A DNA stretch of 16,346 nucleotides from an uncultured Myxococcales bacterium (GTDB lineage Bacteria > Myxococcota > UBA4151), in contig CAXGWI010000076.1 of assembly GCA_964013405.1 (NCBI GenBank), positions 1 through 16,346 of the forward strand. The letters are read 5' to 3'. Made by a program: the position numbers and the translations under genes. Shown here piece after piece: positions 6,440-16,346 of this stretch; position 1 is the stretch's first letter, and every line of letters begins with the position of its first letter. The notes below the pieces were generated by a model. It made no database searches. It was not told where the DNA came from and saw nothing but the letters and a program-made list of their open reading frames with translations.

Positions 6440-6840
6440 TCCCCGTTGACCAGTTCGCTGAGAGCTTGGGCCCAAGCGAGGTCATCTTGGGCGTCCTGCC
6501 AGCCTTCATCGGCCGGACCCGCAAGCTTCGCCAAGCTACCTTCAGCGGCCTGCATCGCTTGCTTCGCCTCGTCGGCGGCCACCTCACCGGGAAGGGATGA
6601 CTTTCCGGCGAGCACCCGAACATGGGTCGCGCCGACTTCGCAAATGCCAGTCCCGATGGCCAACTTCTCAGTTTGCCCTGCGACCATGACCTCGACCACG
6701 CCCGGCTGAATCTGCGCCAGCATCGCACCGTGACTCGGTAGCACGGTGAACTGACCCAGCACACCGGGCAGCGTCACGGCTTCGGCCTGACGCTCAAACG
6801 GCTCAGTACCAGGAACGATGATGGAAAGTGCCAGGCTCAT
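6436..6840 (-). CDS. atpC: F1 ATP synthase epsilon subunit
   Basis: VTLPGVLGQFTVLPSHGAML motif, beta-sandwich plus two helices; directly after atpD. Confidence 0.95.
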   Translation of the reverse strand: MSLALSIIVPGTEPFERQAEAVTLPGVLGQFTVLPSHGAMLAQIQPGVVEVMVAGQTEKLAIGTGICEVGATHVRVLAGKSSLPGEVAADEAKQAMQAAEGSLAKLAGPADEGWQDAQDDLAWAQALSELVNGD

Positions 6841-6849
6841 TGGTTTTCC

Positions 6850-9167
<2,318 letters not shown>

Positions 9168-9190
9168 TGAGGTCGTTCCAGAAGGTCGGG

Positions 9191-10804
<1,614 letters not shown>

Positions 10805-10818
10805 CTATCCCAGGTCGA

Positions 10819-11358
10819 TCAAACGCCTAGGTCTCTTTGCAGTTGTGCGAAATGGCCAGCGACGCTGCTCTCGATGCGTTGCGAACCAATCTGTACCCGA
10901 AGGCCTGCAACCAAACCTTCATTCACTTCTTCTTCCATGATGATATCGGAGCCCGTCCGCTGCCGTAGGCCCGCGGCCAAAGCAGTCCGCTGGGCCTCGC
11001 TGAGCGGGCGAGCACTTGTCACTCGGGCCCGACGACGCCCGAGGGCTCGATCAGTCAGGTCCTCAGCCGCTTCGGCGATCCCACTCAGGGCCGCGAGTCG
11101 ATCCTTGCTGATCAGCACCTTCACGAAGCGCTTGAGCAGGTCGTCCGCAGCCATCTTCTCGAGCACCTGCGCCAAGACCGCCTGTTGGGCATCCGACGAG
11201 AACGCCGGGTTCCGTACGAGCTGCTGCAACTCGGGATGGGATTGAACCATGCTGGCCAGCTCTTGGAGCTGCTGCGCGATCGGCTCCAACTTTCCTTCAG
11301 CTTGAGCCAACTCGACAAGAGCCCGGGCCCAGCGCCGCGAAACCGATGCTGGAATCAT
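10819..11358 (-). CDS. atpH: F1 ATP synthase delta subunit
   Basis: OSCP/delta pattern (RRWARALVELA, LVRNP, ARVTSARPL, LVAGLRVQIG); ATGA overlap with atpF; position before atpA. Confidence 0.95.
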   Translation of the reverse strand: MIPASVSRRWARALVELAQAEGKLEPIAQQLQELASMVQSHPELQQLVRNPAFSSDAQQAVLAQVLEKMAADDLLKRFVKVLISKDRLAALSGIAEAAEDLTDRALGRRRARVTSARPLSEAQRTALAAGLRQRTGSDIIMEEEVNEGLVAGLRVQIGSQRIESSVAGHFAQLQRDLGV

Positions 11359-11942
11359 TGGGATGCCTCCAAGTCGCGAACGAAGCCGGCGGTCAGCCGG
11401 TCGTGATCATCGGCGTTTGCCGCCTCCTGAACCCGACTCTGAGCCAGTTGCAAGGCCAAGGCCGCCGTCTCATGGCGTAGCTGGGAAGAAGCGGTCGATG
11501 CTTCCTGCTCCAGCTGGGCGCTTGCACTCTGCTTCAAGCGATCGATCTCCTTAGCCGTTCGCCGTCGGATCGCTTCTTCCTCCACCTCTAATTGGGCGGT
11601 GAAGCGATCCCGGACACTCTGGAGTTCGGCATCGAGGTTTGCGAGGCGCGCCTCGAGTTCTGCCTGGCGAGCGGCTGCCTTCTCTTCGGCAATTTTCGCC
11701 GCATCGATGAGCGCCTGGAACCGGTCCGCCCGATTCCTGAGCATACGAACGAAGGTCTTGCGCACCAGAAGGACGATAATGGTCACGAGTAGGGCAAAGT
11801 TGATGAGCAGCGTTCCCACGGGGAGGATGTGGGGGTCTGTGGACCACCACAGTCTGAGCGGCTCCTTGGTGGGATCACCACCGGCTGCCAACGCGGCACC
11901 ACCAACGAGTACAACCACTGCGAAGATCACCAGTCGGTTCAT
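11355..11942 (-). CDS. atpF: F0 ATP synthase subunit b
   Basis: LINFALLV transmembrane helix followed by a long Ala/Glu/Arg coiled coil. ATG at 11942 overlaps the b' stop; the in-frame GTG at 11945 is an alternative start. Confidence 0.9.
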   Translation of the reverse strand: MNRLVIFAVVVLVGGAALAAGGDPTKEPLRLWWSTDPHILPVGTLLINFALLVTIIVLLVRKTFVRMLRNRADRFQALIDAAKIAEEKAAARQAELEARLANLDAELQSVRDRFTAQLEVEEEAIRRRTAKEIDRLKQSASAQLEQEASTASSQLRHETAALALQLAQSRVQEAANADDHDRLTAGFVRDLEASQ

Positions 11943-12364
11943 CACAAGGTCCTTCCCAACACCCGGTGGCCGATCTCTCCGGCCATGGCTTCCGCCTCCT
12001 GCCGCAGGGACTGCCGGGCCGCTTCTGTCTGGGCTTGGAGTTGCTCCCGATGCTCACCGGCCTCGGTGGCAAGGCGCTGGCGCAGTTCGCCGATTTCCTC
12101 GTTCGAAGCCGCGATTGCCCGGGCTCGAGCCTCGGCATTGGCACTGCGGACCTCGTCCTCAGCGGCTTGAAGCGCTGTCATGACTTGCGCTTCCATGGCG
12201 TCCAACTCAGGGTGCGCTTCGTCTTCGTGACCGATGCCTGTTTCCAGGGCTTCCCGCTCATCGAGAATACGCAAGTAGGGTCGATACAGCAGTGGCGTGA
12301 AGACAAAAAGCAGGCCCAAAAACAGGACCAAGATAATGATCACACCAGGTAATGAGAGTGCCAT
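11942..12364 (-). CDS. atpF: F0 ATP synthase subunit b' (second b-type subunit)
   Basis: N-terminal TM helix, LYRPYLRILDERE motif, coiled coil ending IGHRVLGR; GGAGG RBS at 12375-12379. Confidence 0.9.
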   Translation of the reverse strand: MALSLPGVIIILVLFLGLLFVFTPLLYRPYLRILDEREALETGIGHEDEAHPELDAMEAQVMTALQAAEDEVRSANAEARARAIAASNEEIGELRQRLATEAGEHREQLQAQTEAARQSLRQEAEAMAGEIGHRVLGRTL

Positions 12365-12390
12365 CTGGTGTACACCTCCGGCATCGGCGG

Positions 12391-12423
12391 TCGCCCCTTA
12401 TCAAGGGCGATTCGCTCGGGCAA
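12391..12423 (-). promoter_or_regulatory. Candidate atp operon promoter with overlapping inverted repeat
   Basis: Minus strand TTGCCC (12423-12418)-N17-TAAGGG (12400-12395) with an extended -10 TGn; inverted repeat TCGCCC...GGGCGA at 12391-12410. Confidence 0.35.
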
Positions 12424-12450
12424 GGTCGCTAATTCAGCATTCGAAAATGC

Positions 12451-13125
12451 TTAGTCCGCCTTTGTTTCTGTCGCTTCTTCCATGTCTTCGACGGGGCTTT
12501 CGTCGGTCGCCTCTGCGGCCGCCGCTACGCCATCATCTGACTCGATACTTTCGGTCACCTCGGCATCGCCATCAGCGTCAGCCATGGCCACAGCTTCGCT
12601 GTCGCCCTCGGCCGCCTCAGCGCTTGCCTCCGTCGCCTCTTCCCCATCTTCTTCCGTTGCCGCCTCGGGATCAGGGGCACTACGGTCCTGAACCACCCAG
12701 ACCTTAATCTCTGCAACCACACCCACGCTCAGCGTGACGGGCACCTGGAAGACGCCGAGGGTCTTGATAGGCGTCTCAAGGACGATGCGCTTCGCTTCGA
12801 CAGGCCAGCCCTGCAGGGCCAGATCCTTGGCGATATCCCGAGCGGTCACCGAGCCGTAGAGGCGGTCGTTCTCGCCCACCCGGACCGGCAAGGTCACATT
12901 CACGTCCTTCATTCGCTCGGCCAGGGCTTCGGCTTCAGCCCGGGCCTTGCGCTTGGCATGCTCGGTCAGGCGCCTCGCATGCTCGATAGAGCGAACGGAG
13001 CCCGCATCTGCCACCAGGGCCATGCCCCGGGGGATCAAGTAGTTACGGGCATAGCCGGGCTTCACATTGACAACTTCACCGACGCTACCCAGCTTCGGCA
13101 CGTCTCTTTGTAGAATGACTTGCAT
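12451..13125 (-). CDS. rplI: 50S ribosomal protein L9 with 77-aa acidic C-terminal extension
   Basis: MQVIL...LG..GEVVNVKPGYARNYLIP; RLYGSVT; PIKTLG. Confidence 0.98.
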   Translation of the reverse strand: MQVILQRDVPKLGSVGEVVNVKPGYARNYLIPRGMALVADAGSVRSIEHARRLTEHAKRKARAEAEALAERMKDVNVTLPVRVGENDRLYGSVTARDIAKDLALQGWPVEAKRIVLETPIKTLGVFQVPVTLSVGVVAEIKVWVVQDRSAPDPEAATEEDGEEATEASAEAAEGDSEAVAMADADGDAEVTESIESDDGVAAAAEATDESPVEDMEEATETKAD

Positions 13126-13137
13126 GGCTGAGCTCCC

Positions 13138-13404
13138 TTAGTGCTGCTGACCCGAGTAGGGCAGCAGAGCCAACTGACGAGCCCGCTTGATTTCACGGCA
13201 CAACACTCGCTGATACTTGGCGCTGACCCCACTCACGCGGGCCGGCATGATCTTGCCCCGCTCGGTGATAAAACGCCGCAGCAGGTTGGGATCCTTATAG
13301 GTAATCTTCAGGTTCGGGTCGGCTTGAAAGGGGCACATCTTACGACGCCCACGGGCCAATCCCCGACCGGACACACGACCTTGACCTTCTTCTTCACCAG
13401 CCAT
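13138..13404 (-). CDS. rpsR: 30S ribosomal protein S18
   Basis: [33 protein letters not shown]. Confidence 0.98.
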   Translation of the reverse strand: MAGEEEGQGRVSGRGLARGRRKMCPFQADPNLKITYKDPNLLRRFITERGKIMPARVSGVSAKYQRVLCREIKRARQLALLPYSGQQH

Positions 13405-13407
13405 GAT

Positions 13408-14175
13408 CTAGTCCTCCTTCGTTTCAGAGTCGGCATCAGCCTCCTCAGTTGTTGCCTCGGCGGCCGCTTCTTCAGCGGGCGCTGCCGCGGCTTCGACAGC
13501 CTCTTCAGCAGGAGCAGCCTCAACTGCCTCTTCAGCAGGAGCAGCCTCTGCTGCCTCTTCAGCAGGAGCAGCCTCTGCTGCCTCTTCAGCAGGAGCAGCC
13601 TCTGCTGCCTCTTCAGCAGGAGCAGCCTCAACTGCCTCTTCAGCGGGAGCAGCCTCAACTGCCTCTTCAGCGGGAGCAGCCTCTGCTGCCTCTTCAGCGG
13701 GAGCAGCCTCTGCCTCTGCAGCCGGCGCTGCTGCTGCAGCCCCGTCGGCGCTGTGGGTCCACTCTTTCGCCTTGGCCTTCTCAACAGCAGCAGCTTCCGC
13801 TGCCTCAGCCCGGGCTTGGTCCAACTGCTCCTGCTCGAGACGAGCACTTGCGATCCGCACTTCGGAATCCACATCGGTGTCGACCTGAATCGTCAGAAAG
13901 CGCCAAACGCCATCCATAATCCGCAGGTTACGTTCGAGCTCCCGGATCAATGCAGGCTTGTGGCCGAGGAAGCGATTGATGACGTAATAGCCCCGGCTGG
14001 ACTTGTTGATCTCGTAGGCGAGCTTGCGCTTACCCCAGTGCTCAACGCCCAAGTAGCTGCCGCCACTCTTGCCGATGACACCTTCGATCCGCTCGAGAAG
14101 GGCGTCTAGTTTACCCTCTTCCTCAAGGTCTGGATCGAGGATGCAGACGGTTTCGTATTCTCTCTGTAACTCCAC
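13408..14175 (-). CDS. rpsF: 30S ribosomal protein S6 with ~155-aa acidic C-terminal extension
   Basis: [27 protein letters not shown] start with GGAGG at 14181-14185. Confidence 0.97.
   Translation of the reverse strand: MELQREYETVCILDPDLEEEGKLDALLERIEGVIGKSGGSYLGVEHWGKRKLAYEINKSSRGYYVINRFLGHKPALIRELERNLRIMDGVWRFLTIQVDTDVDSEVRIASARLEQEQLDQARAEAAEAAAVEKAKAKEWTHSADGAAAAAPAAEAEAAPAEEAAEAAPAEEAVEAAPAEEAVEAAPAEEAAEAAPAEEAAEAAPAEEAAEAAPAEEAVEAAPAEEAVEAAAAPAEEAAAEATTEEADADSETKED
13499..13714 (-). repeat. Eight near-identical 27-bp coding tandem repeats ([A/V]EAAPAEEA) inside rpsF
   Basis: Plus-strand unit gcctcttcagc(a/g)ggagcagcctc(tgct/aact), starting at 13499, 13526, 13553, 13580, 13607, 13634, 13661 and 13688, with no spacers. 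Confidence 0.97.
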
Positions 14176-14227
14176 TTTTACCTCCTGGTCTTTAGTGGCG
14201 GAGCCCTCTGGGAACCCCGCAAGGAGT
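14176..14227 (-). ncRNA. S6:S18 ribosomal-protein leader (cis-regulatory RNA)
   Basis: The mRNA reads ACUCCUUG-CGGGGUUC-CCAGA-GGGCUCCG-CCA-CUAAAGACC-AGGAGG-UAAAA-GUG: CUCCU can pair with the SD, and an inner hairpin is followed by the CCR motif, as in the known S6:S18-binding leader. Confidence 0.8.
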
Positions 14228-14253
14228 GGATATCGCCTCCGAAAAGGCGGGGC

Positions 14254-14282
14254 TTGCTACACGATCAACCGCCAGCAAGCAA
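14254..14282 (-). promoter_or_regulatory. Weak candidate promoter for rpsF-rpsR-rplI
   Basis: Minus strand TTGCTT (14282-14277)-N17-TAGCAA (14259-14254), overlapping the pyrophosphatase stop; the -10 match is poor. Confidence 0.25.
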
Positions 14283-16346
14283 CGGCGCAATGACAAGGGC
14301 CACCACGGTCATTAACTTCACGAGGATGTTGAGGGCCGGACCTGCGGTGTCCTTGAAGGGATCGCCGACCGTGTCACCGATCACGGCAGCATGGTGAGAC
14401 TCGCTCCCCTTACCCTCATCGGCTTCAAGGTTCTGGGCTTCAGTTTCCACCTGCTTCTTGGCGTTGTCCCAGGCACCACCGGCATTGGACATGAAGATGG
14501 CCAGAAGGACGCCAGAGACCAGCGCACCGGCCAACAAACCGCCGAGCATGACCTTGGCATCAGCCAGGCCCCACGGCGCAAACTTGTACGAGAAGCCCAC
14601 GACCACTGGCGCCAAAATCGCCAGCAGGCCGGGCTTAATCATCTGCCGAATGGCTGCCTTGGTGGAGATATCCACACACTTGGCGTACTCGGCCTTCACA
14701 CCTTCTTTGCCTTCTTTGAGACCCTCGATCTCACGGAACTGGCGGCGAACCTCAACGATCATGTCGTTGGCCGCTTCACCCACAGCCTTCATGGCCATGG
14801 AGCTAAAGAGGTAGGGCAGCATGCCGCCAAGGAGGAGACCCGCGACCACCATCGGCTGAGCCAGGTCGATCGCCCCAACCTTCGCCACGCTTTGGAAGGC
14901 AGCGAACAGGGCGAGGGCCGTCAAAGCTGCGGAACCGATCGCGAAGCCCTTACCAATGGCCGCCGTGGTGTTACCCACCGCATCCAACTTGTCGGTACGC
15001 TCACGAACTTCAGGCTCCAGATGGGCCATCTCAGCAATGCCACCAGCGTTGTCAGCCACCGGACCGTAAGCGTCCACAGCCAACTGAATACCCGTGGTGG
15101 AGAGCATGCCCAACGCAGCCAGGGCGACGCCGTAGAGACCCGCAAAGTTATAAGAGATGAGGATCGCAACGACGATGTAGACGATCGGCAAGGCCGTCGA
15201 CACCATGCCCACACCCACACCGGAAATAATGTTAGTGGCCGGACCGGTCTTCGAAGCGGCCCGAATACTTAGCACCGGCCCCTTGTCGGTGGCGCAGTAA
15301 TGCTCGGTGGTGAAACCCACCGCGATACCGGCGATCAAACCACCGATGGTGGCGTAAAGGATTTCAACAGGACCCACCCCGGCGCCGTCGGGGCCCAGCG
15401 GGAGTTGGACCCCCTCGCCGAGAATCGCCTTGGCGATGAAGTACGTCGCCGGAACCATGACGGCTGCCGCACCCAAAGTGCCACCATCAAGGGCCCGCTG
15501 CGGGTTTCCACCCTCTTTCACATTCACGAAGAAGGTGAAGATGATCGAGCAGACAACGCCGACGGCAGCGATGACGAGTGGAATCAAGGCCGCCTTATAA
15601 CCGTAGATGCCACCGGCGACAGCGCCGAGCACCATGGCACCGATGATGGAGCCCACATAGGATTCAAAGAGGTCCGCACCCATACCGGCCACGTCACCCA
15701 CGTTGTCACCAACGTTATCGGCGATGGTGGCTGGATTGCGAGGATCGTCCTCGGGAATGCCGGCCTCGACCTTACCAACAAGGTCGGCGCCAACGTCAGC
15801 GGCTTTGGTAAAGATACCGCCACCCACGCGGGCGAACAGAGCGATTGAACTGGCGCCCAAGCTGAAGCCGGAGAGCACCTGAATCACTCGGGTCAGTCCC
15901 GATTCCTTCTGGCTCAGATCCACGGCGTCGAGACCGGCCAAGCCATTGGAATAGAGGATGAACAAACCGCCCAGCCCCAACAGAGCCAGACCGACAACGC
16001 TCATGCCCATGACGGCGCCGCCCCGGAAGGCGACCTTCAAGGCCGGCGGCAAGCCCTGACGGGCGGCGTTCGCGGTACGAACGTTGGCGGAGGTCGCAAC
16101 CATCATACCCGCGTAGCCCGCAATGGCGGAACACAGCGCGCCGATGACGAAACTCAGACCCACGAGCCAGTGAGACTTCGCTTCGCCACTGTTGCCGACC
16201 GCTAGCAGCACACCGACGATGACCACGAAAATGGCCAAGACCTTGTATTCGGCGGCGAGGAAGGCTCGAGCGCCGTCCTTAATGTTGCCACCGATTTCCC
16301 GCATGCGGTCGGTGCCGACGTCCTGCTTGTTGATCCACCCTGCTGT
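14265..16346 (-). CDS. hppA: Membrane-bound K+-dependent pyrophosphatase, probably Na+-translocating; 5' end beyond the window
   Basis: [64 protein letters not shown] indicates K+ dependence; DLFESYVGS has the Na+-PPase-type Glu. The frame stays open upstream of 16304 ([15 protein letters not shown]). Confidence 0.95.
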   Translation of the reverse strand, partial: TAGWINKQDVGTDRMREIGGNIKDGARAFLAAEYKVLAIFVVIVGVLLAVGNSGEAKSHWLVGLSFVIGALCSAIAGYAGMMVATSANVRTANAARQGLPPALKVAFRGGAVMGMSVVGLALLGLGGLFILYSNGLAGLDAVDLSQKESGLTRVIQVLSGFSLGASSIALFARVGGGIFTKAADVGADLVGKVEAGIPEDDPRNPATIADNVGDNVGDVAGMGADLFESYVGSIIGAMVLGAVAGGIYGYKAALIPLVIAAVGVVCSIIFTFFVNVKEGGNPQRALDGGTLGAAAVMVPATYFIAKAILGEGVQLPLGPDGAGVGPVEILYATIGGLIAGIAVGFTTEHYCATDKGPVLSIRAASKTGPATNIISGVGVGMVSTALPIVYIVVAILISYNFAGLYGVALAALGMLSTTGIQLAVDAYGPVADNAGGIAEMAHLEPEVRERTDKLDAVGNTTAAIGKGFAIGSAALTALALFAAFQSVAKVGAIDLAQPMVVAGLLLGGMLPYLFSSMAMKAVGEAANDMIVEVRRQFREIEGLKEGKEGVKAEYAKCVDISTKAAIRQMIKPGLLAILAPVVVGFSYKFAPWGLADAKVMLGGLLAGALVSGVLLAIFMSNAGGAWDNAKKQVETEAQNLEADEGKGSESHHAAVIGDTVGDPFKDTAGPALNILVKLMTVVALVIAPLLAGG

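Noticed and set aside
13499..13714. 27-bp repeats as a CRISPR array
   Set aside because: The units are contiguous with no unique spacers, lie in frame inside rpsF, and no cas genes are present.
13141..14109. Cys/Ser-rich (CCLFSRSSL) and Gln/Leu/Pro-rich repeat ORFs in other frames
   Set aside because: Alternative-frame readings of the stop-free rpsF tandem repeat.
14391..15848. Plus-strand ORFs of 293, 118 and 182 aa
   Set aside because: Antisense shadows of the pyrophosphatase gene.

Overview
GC-rich bacterial chromosomal window, most consistent with a Myxococcota/deltaproteobacteria-like organism (inferred from the split atp operon and a MXAN_5187-C-terminal-like protein). The right two-thirds is a co-oriented minus-strand housekeeping block: a K+-dependent, probably Na+-pumping membrane pyrophosphatase (5' end outside the window), rpsF-rpsR-rplI preceded by an S6:S18 autoregulatory leader, and atpF'-atpF-atpH-atpA-atpG-atpD-atpC (no a/c subunit genes). 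S6 and L9 carry long acidic tails, that of S6 built on an 8 x 27-bp tandem repeat. The left third is poorly characterised: two divergent lipoprotein genes, a DR1119-type metallophosphoesterase translationally coupled to a class III methyltransferase-fold protein that looks collinear with archaeal/eukaryotic diphthine synthase (Dph5), a minimal Amidase_3 head-to-head (19-bp gap) with a double zinc-ribbon protein, a large putative outer-membrane beta-barrel with AAEGEK repeats, and a TauE/SafE exporter. The Dph5-like gene pair is the best candidate for an undescribed system. No CRISPR array, tRNA, rRNA or mobile element was seen. All family calls come from motif recognition by eye; no searches were run.
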